A stretch of DNA of 36,467 bases from a virus (IMGVR_UViG_3300028025_001304:1-36467), one strand, 5' to 3'; positions 26,281-35,360 are shown, counted from the stretch's first letter. Program-made: numbers and translations. The notes: generated from the letters alone by a model not told the origin.

Positions 26281-26608
26281 GATTCTTTTCCTTTAATGCT
26301 TGTTCAATAGCACGAGCAATGCCAAAAATACTTGGAAAAGTAACAGGTATTTCAAGCACAGCTTTTGTTATATCATCATCCGTTAATCCTTGCCATTGAT
26401 GGGGGTGGGTTCGTGGTACTGTTGCAACTGCAAGTGCCGAGTTAAAACGATTTTCTTGCGCTGGTTGTTCTAGTGCTTCTGCAATAGTGCTTCTTACTCG
26501 TTTAATTGTTTGTAGGCACACATCATCAAACCCATCAAAATTTTCAACGTCTGCAATAACGCCATCTAATTCATATCCAGCCATTTTTAATGCTTCGTCT
26601 TTAGTCAT
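26273..26608 (-). CDS. Cassette-array paralogue 2
   Basis: MTKDEALKMA / EALEQPAQE / THPHQWQGLTDD / ARAIEQALKEKNHD blocks with unique inserts. Confidence 0.75.
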   Translation of the reverse strand: MTKDEALKMAGYELDGVIADVENFDGFDDVCLQTIKRVRSTIAEALEQPAQENRFNSALAVATVPRTHPHQWQGLTDDDITKAVLEIPVTFPSIFGIARAIEQALKEKNHD

Positions 26609-26954
26609 GATTCTTTTCCTTTAATGCTTGTTCAATAGCACGGGCAAAATACATAGTGTCGCTATTAGTAATCCAATTATGATGCAATTTTACTATCTCA
26701 TCATCCGTTAATCCTTGCCATTGATGAGGGTGGGTGTTATTTAATTGATAACGTAATTTAACAACTTCTTCAGGTGTCCAATCTGCATCACAAGTACATT
26801 CGCCTTGATAATAAGCAAAGCACTCACAATCTTTGCCATCACAATGCTTTAACGCTTCTTCCAATTTTACAGGTTCTTGCGCTGGTTGTTCTAGTGCTTC
26901 TTTGCAAGCGTTAATTGCTTCAATCGCCATCTTTAATGCTTTGTCTTTAGTCAT
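26601..26954 (-). CDS. Cassette-array paralogue 1
   Basis: AAAGGAG RBS before ATG 26954; same four blocks; Cys-rich insert. Confidence 0.75.
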   Translation of the reverse strand: MTKDKALKMAIEAINACKEALEQPAQEPVKLEEALKHCDGKDCECFAYYQGECTCDADWTPEEVVKLRYQLNNTHPHQWQGLTDDEIVKLHHNWITNSDTMYFARAIEQALKEKNHD

Positions 26955-27025
26955 GCAATTCTCCTTTATAGTGGTCATAATGTTAGCTTTTACCTACATA
27001 TCATCCATTACAATACATAATCTAG

Positions 27026-28327
27026 TCATGTTAGTTCTTCCATCGCAATATCAGAAATAGCCCGTTTATCATGCAGGGCTGCCCATATACGTTCGTCAAC
27101 GGTTTTATTTGTCAACATCACGTAACACCATACATCATGCTTTTGTCCGCTACGGTGTAAGCGGCCTATCGTCTGTTCATAAAGCTCAAGGCTCCAGGGC
27201 AACGATAGGAATACAATCTTACTACCGCCATGCTGTAAGTTGAGGCCATGACCTGCAGACTTAGGATGCACTAGCAGTAGTTCTACTTTGCCATCGTTCC
27301 AACGGGTGATGGCATCGTCATCGTCTAGCGTTACAGCCTTGGGATAACGTCGCTTAAGTTCTGCTAACTCCTCTTTAAATGCGTATGCAATGATGGTGTT
27401 AGCGTGTTGGTTCTCTTCTAGCAGTTCATCAAGCCGATCAAACTTATGCTTGCTAAACCATGTCGGTACGGCATCTGCGTCATAAATAAAACCTGACGCC
27501 ATCTGTTGTAGCTTAGATGTCACCACGGCAGCGTTGACTGCAGCAATCTGTGTGTTACCAAACTGAACGACAAAGTCTTTCTTCATCTTCTCATACGGCA
27601 GTCTGTCGTCCATGTCACAACGTAGCTCTACTGTGTGCAGTAGTGGCAGTTTGTCTTTATACTCGCCAGCGTCTAGCACAAAGGTGGCAGGCTTAATAAT
27701 CTCCATGACCTGCTCAAGTGCGTTAGGTCTTGGCACCCAGTCACCGTATTCTTTATTGATTAAGATAAAGTGCTGTTGCATGAACGCACCCTTGCTACGC
27801 CCTAATATTGTTTGATCCACAATCTTACATTGACCGAACACATCCTCTAGGCCGTTGCTAGTAAAGCTACCTGTCAAGCCCCAGCGTATGTTGATTTTGT
27901 CTAATAGTTTTGACAGCGCCTTGAAACGTGCGCCTGACGGGTTCTTTAGCCTGGTTAATTCATCAAACACAATGCCGTCAATGCCATTCAAATTATGTAC
28001 AGATTGCAAATTATCGTAGTTCAGCACCACAATATCTGCGTCAGACGCAAATGCTGCGTCACGATGCTTAGGCGTACCGACAGCCACAACGAGCTTAAGC
28101 TTAGGCGCCCACTTCGGTTGCTCGACAGGCCACACGTCAGTACAGACGCGCTTAGGTGCTAACACTAAGAAGCGTGTCACTACCTCAGCCTCGATAGCGT
28201 CTTGCATGGCGGTGAGCGTGATGGCGGTCTTACCTGCACCAACTGGCGCTAAGATCATGGCACGATCATGTTCATACAGGAAGTCAGCCGCCGTGTCTTG
28301 ATAGGGTCGTAGCTTTAGCCCACTCAT
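27026..28327 (-). CDS. SNF2-family (SF2) helicase
   Basis: LRPYQ, GAGKT, FDEL, LTGS, SAGHGLNLQ, QTIGRLHRSGQ. Confidence 0.92.
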   Translation of the reverse strand: MSGLKLRPYQDTAADFLYEHDRAMILAPVGAGKTAITLTAMQDAIEAEVVTRFLVLAPKRVCTDVWPVEQPKWAPKLKLVVAVGTPKHRDAAFASDADIVVLNYDNLQSVHNLNGIDGIVFDELTRLKNPSGARFKALSKLLDKINIRWGLTGSFTSNGLEDVFGQCKIVDQTILGRSKGAFMQQHFILINKEYGDWVPRPNALEQVMEIIKPATFVLDAGEYKDKLPLLHTVELRCDMDDRLPYEKMKKDFVVQFGNTQIAAVNAAVVTSKLQQMASGFIYDADAVPTWFSKHKFDRLDELLEENQHANTIIAYAFKEELAELKRRYPKAVTLDDDDAITRWNDGKVELLLVHPKSAGHGLNLQHGGSKIVFLSLPWSLELYEQTIGRLHRSGQKHDVWCYVMLTNKTVDERIWAALHDKRAISDIAMEELT

Positions 28328-28577
28328 CTATATCATCCTTATTCCATAAACATGCGTAATGTTGATTGAGCCTCTGCATGTCAGACGCAAATAGTTTTTG
28401 CAGTTCTGACAGCTTACCGCCCTCTGTTTTTATTTCCACAAACCATGTCTGACCGTTAGGCAGACAGGCTATACGATCAGCTACACCCCGATGCGCTGGC
28501 GATGTGAACTTGTAGCTTTTGCCGCCTAACTGCTCGACTACTTTTTTAAAGTATGCTTCAATTTGTTTTTCTAACAT
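28284..28577 (-). CDS. VRR-NUC domain nuclease
   Basis: EKQIE...GVADRI...FVEIK...LSELQ; start taken as ATG 28577. Confidence 0.88.
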   Translation of the reverse strand: MLEKQIEAYFKKVVEQLGGKSYKFTSPAHRGVADRIACLPNGQTWFVEIKTEGGKLSELQKLFASDMQRLNQHYACLWNKDDIDEWAKATTLSRHGG

Positions 28578-28583
28578 AAGCAC

Positions 28584-28612
28584 ACATTACTTACCCTTTT
28601 TCTATGTGTCAA
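28584..28612 (-). promoter_or_regulatory. Leftward sigma70 promoter
   Basis: Minus strand TTGACA(28612-07)-17 bp-TAATGT(28589-84). Confidence 0.7.
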
Positions 28613-28635
28613 GCAATTTATTATTAAATTAAATG

Positions 28636-28665
28636 TTGACATACTAATTTTATGTATGCTAATCT
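28636..28665 (+). promoter_or_regulatory. Rightward sigma70 promoter
   Basis: TTGACA(28636-41)-18 bp ending in TGn-TAATCT(28660-65). Confidence 0.7.
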
Positions 28666-28698
28666 GCAAACTCAATAGCTAATCTAAAGGAAATTAAA

Positions 28699-28845
28699 AT
28701 GGACTTAAAACCTAAAGAACCACAATATTTGTATGTGTATAAAGATGCTCAACATCAAATTACCTTTACGGATAATCCGCCGCACCCTGCACTTAATATG
28801 TGGAGCATAAAATTAATAGGCAAAATTAAACTGGAGAATGTATAA
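28699..28845 (+). CDS. 48-aa protein MDLKPKEPQYLYVY... (not in ORF track)
   Basis: TAAAGGAAA RBS; TAATG overlap with the next gene. Confidence 0.7.
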   Translation: MDLKPKEPQYLYVYKDAQHQITFTDNPPHPALNMWSIKLIGKIKLENV

Positions 28846-29969
28846 TGCAACACTCTTCAGTCGTAGGCGGTTCAACCGCTAAACGTGTTATTGCCTGCCC
28901 TGGCTCAGTCGCACTCTGCGACAAGATGCCACCACGTCCTTCTAACAAGTATGCAGACGAAGGCACCCTACTACATAATGTCATTGCAGAAATACTTGAC
29001 AAAGGCCACGCGCCAGAGCATTACCTTGGCACCGTGTACGAAGGTCAAGTATTAACGCAAGACCTGATTGACAACAAAATCAAACCTGCGCTTGATGCGT
29101 TAGATGCAATTGACCCTGACAAGCAGATGGAGTATGCCGTTGAGACGCGCGTTGGCTTTGGCGACTTCTTACCAAACGTATTTGGCTCTACCGACTTCTT
29201 AGGTCGTATCGGTGACACAGCCTATGTATTAGATTGGAAGTTCGGTGACGGTGTAGCTGTTGAGGTTGAAGAGAACCCTCAGCTTATGTTCTACGCTGCC
29301 GCTGCCATGCGTACTAAAGAAGTGTCATGGGTGTTTGATGGCGTAACATCTATCGAGATGATTATTGTGCAACCGCCAGCCGTTAAACGTTGGACCACAA
29401 ACCCTAATCGTATCAAACTGTTTGAGCAGTCATTAGCCCTTGCAGTCCGTCAGTCACAAGCGCCTGATGCTAGACTTAATGCAGGTGATCATTGTCGTTG
29501 GTGTGCAGGCAAGCCTATCTGCCCTCAGATGACTGGCGCTGTTGACCGTGTGTTGCACACTAAGTTAGATGCGTTGCCTGTTGAACAAATAGGTGTATAC
29601 TTGCAAAACGCCGACGTAATTGAACAATGGATCACAGACTTACGTGCGTTAGCTTTCCAAATACTAGAGGCAGGTAAACCTGTCCCAGGCTATAAGCTAG
29701 TTGCCAAACGTGCGACTAGACAATGGGTCAACGAAGAGGATGCGAAGTCTGCACTTCTTAAAGACCTACCAGAATCTGACATAATAGAGACGACGTTAAT
29801 CTCACCAGCTAAAGCTGAGAAGGTGCTTAAAAAACACGGTCTCACTTTACCTGAAGGGACAGTCGTCGCTATTAGTTCAGGTAGTACGCTGGCAAACGAG
29901 GATGATCCTCGCCCAGCATTGTTGCAAATCGGACAGCAATTGACCGCTGCCCTTAATAAAATCATCTAA
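28845..29969 (+). CDS. Cas4-like PD-(D/E)XK exonuclease (DUF2800-like)
   Basis: N-terminal CPGS, EGT.LH, GSTD, DWKFG, QLMFYA, CRWC.....C four-Cys cluster. Confidence 0.85.
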   Translation: MQHSSVVGGSTAKRVIACPGSVALCDKMPPRPSNKYADEGTLLHNVIAEILDKGHAPEHYLGTVYEGQVLTQDLIDNKIKPALDALDAIDPDKQMEYAVETRVGFGDFLPNVFGSTDFLGRIGDTAYVLDWKFGDGVAVEVEENPQLMFYAAAAMRTKEVSWVFDGVTSIEMIIVQPPAVKRWTTNPNRIKLFEQSLALAVRQSQAPDARLNAGDHCRWCAGKPICPQMTGAVDRVLHTKLDALPVEQIGVYLQNADVIEQWITDLRALAFQILEAGKPVPGYKLVAKRATRQWVNEEDAKSALLKDLPESDIIETTLISPAKAEKVLKKHGLTLPEGTVVAISSGSTLANEDDPRPALLQIGQQLTAALNKII

Positions 29970-29980
29970 AGGAAATTAAA

Positions 29981-30619
29981 ATGTCTAATATCGTAACTTT
30001 TTCACAAGCAAATCTACCAGCAGTATCTTCTTTAAGCACAGCCTTACGTTCACTAGAGAACGATGTATCGCCAGCAGGCGTTGCTATTCTTAAGATGGAC
30101 AAGACGGGTCATTGGGTGTTTGGTGCAGATCAAACAGAAGTCGAAGATGACGCTACATGGGCTGTTAATCCGTTCTCATTCATTCATGGCTTTATCGCAT
30201 GGGGTGATGGCGACGTATTAGGTGAGAAGATGGTGTCAGTATCACAGCCGTTGCCTGAGCTTGATGGTGCGCCGCCTGCAGCTAAACGCGGATGGGAGAC
30301 GCAAGTAGGTCTGTCATTGAAGTGCATCTCTGGCGAAGATAAGGGTTTAGAAGTTCGCTTCTCTACTACATCTGTCGGCGGTAAACGTGCAGTTCAAGCG
30401 TTAGCAGTAGCCATTGCTAATCAAGTAGAGGCAGATCAGACTAAGCCTGTCCCTGTTATCTATTTGAAGAAAGAGCATTACCAACACAAGTCGTATGGCA
30501 AAATCTATACCCCTGTCTTTGAAATTAAAGAATGGGTAGGTATGGATGCTGAAGCTTCAGGCGAGACTGCTGAAGAAGAGGCACCTGCTGAAACTACACG
30601 TCGTCGTCGTTCAACATAA
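29981..30619 (+). CDS. Putative single-stranded DNA-binding protein
   Basis: Lies between exonuclease and polymerase; beta-rich with YQHKSYGKIYTPVF..W and an acidic tail. Confidence 0.65.
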   Translation: MSNIVTFSQANLPAVSSLSTALRSLENDVSPAGVAILKMDKTGHWVFGADQTEVEDDATWAVNPFSFIHGFIAWGDGDVLGEKMVSVSQPLPELDGAPPAAKRGWETQVGLSLKCISGEDKGLEVRFSTTSVGGKRAVQALAVAIANQVEADQTKPVPVIYLKKEHYQHKSYGKIYTPVFEIKEWVGMDAEASGETAEEEAPAETTRRRRST

Positions 30620-31005
30620 TGTTTGAACTCTGGAAGGATATTCCAGGCTATGAAGAACGCTACCAAGTAAGTAATCTTGGTAGTGTTCGTTCATTTGCTA
30701 GGTATAAAGACGGTAGACTTTTAAAACCAGGCAAAGCTAGTCATGGCTACTATACTGTAAGTTTTGGGCGTAACAACTCAAAGACTGTACATAGCTTAGT
30801 AGCTTTAGCTTTTATTGGCCCATGCCCCAAAGGAATGGAAATACTACATATTGATGGATCACGTACAAATAATGCGCTTTCAAACTTGCGTTATGGAACA
30901 CGTACAGAAAATATATTAGATGCCATTAAGCACGGGTCATGGAATATGCCTAGCCGTATTGCGGGTGGCAATAAAGGTCGCGCATCAAGGTGGGGTGCTA
31001 AATGA
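30619..31005 (+). CDS. NUMOD4-HNH homing endonuclease
   Basis: WKDIPGYE..YQVSNLG.VRS (NUMOD4); VHSLVA.AF.G..P....LHIDG...NN..SNL..GT..EN. Confidence 0.9.
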   Translation: MFELWKDIPGYEERYQVSNLGSVRSFARYKDGRLLKPGKASHGYYTVSFGRNNSKTVHSLVALAFIGPCPKGMEILHIDGSRTNNALSNLRYGTRTENILDAIKHGSWNMPSRIAGGNKGRASRWGAK

Positions 31006-32948
31006 CAATACTTTGGTGTGATTTTGAAACAAGAAGCCGCTGCGACTTACCTAGTCGCGGCGTCTACAACTACGCTCAAGACAGTAGCACCGATGTGCTA
31101 TGTATGTCCTATGCGTTTGATGATAGTGACGTCATTACATGGACACCAGATATGCCGTTCCCCGAAGAGGTACGTAACTTCAAGGGTCAAATACGTGCGC
31201 ACAATGCGACGTTTGAGCGCCTAGTCTTTTGGTATGTCTTACAGATTAACTTTGATTTAGAACAGTTTTATTGCACAGCTACACAGGCTCGTGCTAACTG
31301 TGCGCCTGGCTCACTAGAGGACGTTGGACGTTTCTCAGGGGCCACGATGCGTAAAGACCACCGTGGTAAGCAGTTGATCAGACTGCTATCACTCCCTCGT
31401 GCTGACGGCACGTTTAATGATGACCCTACCTTGATGGCTGAAATGATTGCCTACTGTGAGCAGGACGTTAAAGTCATGCGCACTATCTCACAGAACTTAC
31501 GCGACCTATCAGACCAAGAACTTGCAGACTATCACGTTAACGAACGTATCAATGACAAAGGTGTGCTGCTAGATAAAGACCTTGCCGACTCTGCTATACG
31601 CTACGCTAGTATAGAGCTAGAAGAGATTGAGCGTATCGTGTCTGAGGTAACGAAGGGCGCTATCACGTCAGTACGCTCACCGCGCATGCGCGAGTGGGTG
31701 CAAGAGCGTGTTGGCCCTGAAGCCCTCAAGCTAATGACGCATATTAAAGATGGAGACAAGAAGATGTCTATTGACAAATCCGTTCGCGCTAATCTGTTAC
31801 TGTTAGCCGAAGAGAACCCTGACGAAGTGCCAGCCGATGTTGCTGACGTTATCCAATGTGCTGACGATCTATGGGCATCATCTGTCGCTAAGTTCAACCG
31901 CCTATCCCAGCTCGCTGACGAAGAGGACCACCGTGTACGTGGTGCGTTTGTGTTTGCAGGCGGTAGCGCTACAGGCCGTGCGTCTAGCTATGGCGCTCAG
32001 GTTCACAACTTCACACGTAAGTGTGCTAAAGACCCAGAGGCTGTTAGACATGCCATGGTGCGAGGTCATGCGATTGTGCCGACATACGGCAGACGTATCA
32101 CCGACGTGCTAAAAGGTATGCTACGTCCTGCGTTAATTCCTGCTAAGGGTAAGTCCCTCGTTGTTGCCGATTGGAACGCGGTAGAGGCTAGACTGACCCC
32201 TTGGCTATCCAATGATCCACGTGCAGAAGAGGTGCTAGATGTTTTTAGATCAGGTCGTGATATTTATATTAGAGAAGCAGCGGCAATATTTCACCAAGCC
32301 GAAACGGACATTACGCCAGACAAACGCCAAATTGGAAAAGTGGCAATATTGTCATGCGGCTTTGGCGGTGGTGTGGGTGCTTTTGGTGCTATGGGCCGCA
32401 ATTACGGCATTATACTTACTGAATCAGATGCTAAACGTACAGTCGATGCTTGGCGTCGCGCAAACCAATGGGCTGTTAATTATTGGCAGTCACTAGAGTC
32501 TGCCTACACACGGGCGATGCGTAACGTTGGTAAAGAGTTTAGTGTAGGCCGTGTGACCTACTTATACGACGGCGTACATTTATGGTATGCTTTGCCTTCG
32601 GGTCGAATACTTTGCTATCCACATGCAAAGCTAGAACCTGAGGGGGTGACTTACGCTAAAGCAGCGTGGAAGCCCTCTGCTGACGCTACCGAGTGGCCTC
32701 GAGCTAGATTATGGAAGGGCTTGGCGTGTGAGAACATCACCCAGGCCGTTGCTAACGATTTACTCCGACACTCACTAAGAAACTTAGATGACGTGATATT
32801 ACACGTACACGATGAGATTGTAATCGAGACCGATAAGCCTGATGAAGTGCTACAACGAATGAGCGATGTAATGTGTACGCCCCCTGAATGGGCTAAGGGA
32901 CTCCCTTTGTCTATTGAAGCCGAAATAATGACGAGGTATGGAAAATGA
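31002..32948 (+). CDS. polA: DNA polymerase, family A
   Basis: Exonuclease motifs DFET, HNATFE, YCEQD; TGRASS, motif A ADWNAVEAR, motif B RQIGK, motif C HVHDEI. Confidence 0.93.
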   Translation: MTILWCDFETRSRCDLPSRGVYNYAQDSSTDVLCMSYAFDDSDVITWTPDMPFPEEVRNFKGQIRAHNATFERLVFWYVLQINFDLEQFYCTATQARANCAPGSLEDVGRFSGATMRKDHRGKQLIRLLSLPRADGTFNDDPTLMAEMIAYCEQDVKVMRTISQNLRDLSDQELADYHVNERINDKGVLLDKDLADSAIRYASIELEEIERIVSEVTKGAITSVRSPRMREWVQERVGPEALKLMTHIKDGDKKMSIDKSVRANLLLLAEENPDEVPADVADVIQCADDLWASSVAKFNRLSQLADEEDHRVRGAFVFAGGSATGRASSYGAQVHNFTRKCAKDPEAVRHAMVRGHAIVPTYGRRITDVLKGMLRPALIPAKGKSLVVADWNAVEARLTPWLSNDPRAEEVLDVFRSGRDIYIREAAAIFHQAETDITPDKRQIGKVAILSCGFGGGVGAFGAMGRNYGIILTESDAKRTVDAWRRANQWAVNYWQSLESAYTRAMRNVGKEFSVGRVTYLYDGVHLWYALPSGRILCYPHAKLEPEGVTYAKAAWKPSADATEWPRARLWKGLACENITQAVANDLLRHSLRNLDDVILHVHDEIVIETDKPDEVLQRMSDVMCTPPEWAKGLPLSIEAEIMTRYGK

Positions 32949-35254
32949 GTGAGTTAAATTTCATTGACTATTTAGTAGGGATTGCCCCTGTAGGTGAGAC
33001 TATTCTTTTAGTTAAACAAAAGCCTTTACTTGATAAGGGCGCTTTGCAATATCATAACGATGGTGCGATCAAGTGTACGTGGCCTGCGTACTTGCCTGAG
33101 CAGGCTAAGATTAAGAAGGGCGATGCTTGGTACGCTAACACCGCTTGCTTTATTATGGACCGCTTTGCTGATGGCAAGGTGTCTGCCTCTGCATCTAACT
33201 GTGAGCGTGTTGCGTTCATGGTGCTAGATGACGTAGGCACTAAGTCTAAGGTGCCACCGCTGGCGCCTACATGGATTATCGAGACCAGCCCTGCTAATTA
33301 TCAGTATGGCTATACTTTTGCGTTAGACGATCAACCTCTGAAGGGAGACTTTAGTGCTGCGATTAAAGCTATTGCTGATGCTGGTTTCACGGATGGCGGT
33401 GCTATTAACCCTGTCCGTAACTTTAGAGTTGCTGGTAGTGTCAATCTTAAACCTAATCGTGATAATTTTGCTTCTAAGCTAATCGAGCTACACCCTGAGC
33501 GTGAGTTCAGTCTACCTCAGATATGTGAAGCGTTACATGTAACACCAGCACCCGCTGACACCGCCTCTATCACGTCTATCAGACTCAAAGACGATGGCGG
33601 TGACGATGTCCTGAGCTGGATGAGTGCTAACGGTATGATTGTCACACCTGCTAATGGCGAGGGCTGGATCGGTGTTGTATGTCCTAACAGCGCTAGTCAT
33701 AGCGATGGTAACCCCGAGGCTAGATACAAGCCCCTAGACCGTTCGTTCTGTTGCTATCATGAACATTGTCAAGACCTAGACTCTAAGACCTTCTTATCAT
33801 GGGTAGCTGATAATGGCGGCCCTAAACACACTCACGGCTTGCGTGAGGAATTATTGGCGGACGTGATGAACACAGCACTATCTAAGATTGAACCTTCTGA
33901 TATGTTTACGCATGACGCTGACGACCTAATCGCTGAAGTAGAGCGTAAAGAGTTAGGCCGTATAGAAAAGGCTGACTGGTTCAAGCGCTTTGCCTATATA
34001 CAAGAGGACGATGCTTACTTCGACCTTATCGAACGTCGTGAGATTAGCCGTTCTACGTTTAACGCCCTATTCCGTCACATTGACTGTCGTTCTATCCACA
34101 CGGCTGCACGTGTATTGCCTGCTGTGTCCTATGATGAGAACCGCCAGACAATGGGTGCTAAGGCACTTGTTGGTATCACTTATGCTGCTGGTGAGACGGT
34201 GCTTGTGTCTCGTGATGGCGATATCTATGGTAACCGCTGGCGTGATGCCCGTCCTACTAACTTGGTTGAGGGTGACATATCCCCGTGGCTAGACCATGCA
34301 CGTAGCCTAGTGCCTAATGAGGACGAGCTAGCGCATATCCTAGACGTGATGGCCTTCAAGGTGCAACACCCTGAAATTAAGATTAACCACGCTGTGCTAC
34401 ATGGTGGTGATGAAGGCTCTGGCAAGGATACATTTTGGGCGCCTTTCCTATGGGCTGTCTGTGGTGATAACTTGCGTAATCGTGGCATTATGGATAACGA
34501 TAGCGTGAATAGCCAATGGGGTTATCAATTAGAGTCTGAAGTGCTAATTATCAATGAGCTAAAAGAACCTGACGCTAGTGCTAGGCGTCAACTTGCTAAC
34601 AAACTCAAGCCTATCATCGCGGCGCCGCCTGAAATGTTACCTATCAACCGTAAAGGCTTGCACCCGTACATGATGCTAAACCGAGTCTTTGTCCTAGCCT
34701 TCTCGAATGACCCTGTGCCTATCTCTCTCGCTAGTCAAGACCGCCGCTGGTTCTGCGTATGGAGTCATGCGCCTAGAATGGAACCTAGTGCCGCTGCTAA
34801 ACTTTGGACGTGGTATAAGGCTGGTGGTTTTAGTGCTATTGCTAACTGGCTTATGCTACGTGATACAAGTAAATTTAACCCTAGCGCCGCGCCTATGATG
34901 ACGGAATTTAAAGCTAATTTGGTTGAGCATGGTATGAGTATGGCCGAGAGTTACCTTGTTGAGCAAATGCGCGGGCGTATAGGCGAATTTAGCAAGGGCG
35001 TTATTGGCAGCCCGTTTCACTCTTTATGTGATCGTTTAGCGGGCAGCGCCCCAAGCGGCGTAAAGATTCCCCAAGCGGCTTTACTTCATGCGCTTAAAGA
35101 GGCTGGCTGGATTGATCGCGGGCGCTTAGCAAGTAGCGAATATATGAATAAAAAACATATCTATTGCGCGCCTGAATTAGATAATTATAAAAAGAGTGAA
35201 TTGCGGCGCATGGTTGAAGTAAATGATCCGCCTAAAATGGTTGTAATTAAATAG
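32945..35254 (+). CDS. Primase-helicase (RepB-primase-like N-terminus, Zn site, SF3/DUF5906-like helicase)
   Basis: VLDD...PTWIIETSP.NYQYGY; CP...H...C.H.HC; Walker A GDEGSGKDT, Walker B IINE, FSN, DRRW. Confidence 0.85.
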   Translation: MSELNFIDYLVGIAPVGETILLVKQKPLLDKGALQYHNDGAIKCTWPAYLPEQAKIKKGDAWYANTACFIMDRFADGKVSASASNCERVAFMVLDDVGTKSKVPPLAPTWIIETSPANYQYGYTFALDDQPLKGDFSAAIKAIADAGFTDGGAINPVRNFRVAGSVNLKPNRDNFASKLIELHPEREFSLPQICEALHVTPAPADTASITSIRLKDDGGDDVLSWMSANGMIVTPANGEGWIGVVCPNSASHSDGNPEARYKPLDRSFCCYHEHCQDLDSKTFLSWVADNGGPKHTHGLREELLADVMNTALSKIEPSDMFTHDADDLIAEVERKELGRIEKADWFKRFAYIQEDDAYFDLIERREISRSTFNALFRHIDCRSIHTAARVLPAVSYDENRQTMGAKALVGITYAAGETVLVSRDGDIYGNRWRDARPTNLVEGDISPWLDHARSLVPNEDELAHILDVMAFKVQHPEIKINHAVLHGGDEGSGKDTFWAPFLWAVCGDNLRNRGIMDNDSVNSQWGYQLESEVLIINELKEPDASARRQLANKLKPIIAAPPEMLPINRKGLHPYMMLNRVFVLAFSNDPVPISLASQDRRWFCVWSHAPRMEPSAAAKLWTWYKAGGFSAIANWLMLRDTSKFNPSAAPMMTEFKANLVEHGMSMAESYLVEQMRGRIGEFSKGVIGSPFHSLCDRLAGSAPSGVKIPQAALLHALKEAGWIDRGRLASSEYMNKKHIYCAPELDNYKKSELRRMVEVNDPPKMVVIK

Positions 35255-35360
35255 TATGGTTTATTTATTGCGCCAGGTATAAACTAATAGTTTAGTTTTA
35301 ACGTGTAATATTTTACGGATTATTACATACAAGTTATTTTGACGTGAATAGGTTACAGAC

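Larger units (their letters stand above)
26210..26955. repeat. Interleaved direct repeats forming the cassette framework
   Basis: 72 bp exact 26210-26281 = 26884-26955; 46 bp exact 26269-26314 = 26597-26642; 38 bp with 1 mismatch 26373-26410 / 26698-26735; 28 bp exact 26453-26480 = 26874-26901. Confidence 0.95.
28682..29983. repeat. 20-bp direct repeat ATCTAAAGGAAATTAAAATG
   Basis: Exact copies at 28682-28701 and 29964-29983, each an RBS plus start codon. Confidence 0.9.

Noticed and set aside
26210-26955. Repeats as a CRISPR array or a DGR template/variable pair
   Set aside because: Four different interleaved repeats lie within coding frames with irregular spacing; there is no adenine-specific mismatch pattern and no reverse transcriptase or cas operon.
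28845-29969. Cas4-like gene as part of a CRISPR-Cas system
   Set aside because: It is a solo nuclease in a standard exonuclease-SSB-PolA replication module; no cas1/cas2 or array.
30619-31005. HNH genes as group I intron or intein cargo
   Set aside because: All three HNH genes lie between intact ORFs; polymerase, coat, endolysin and terminase motifs are uninterrupted.
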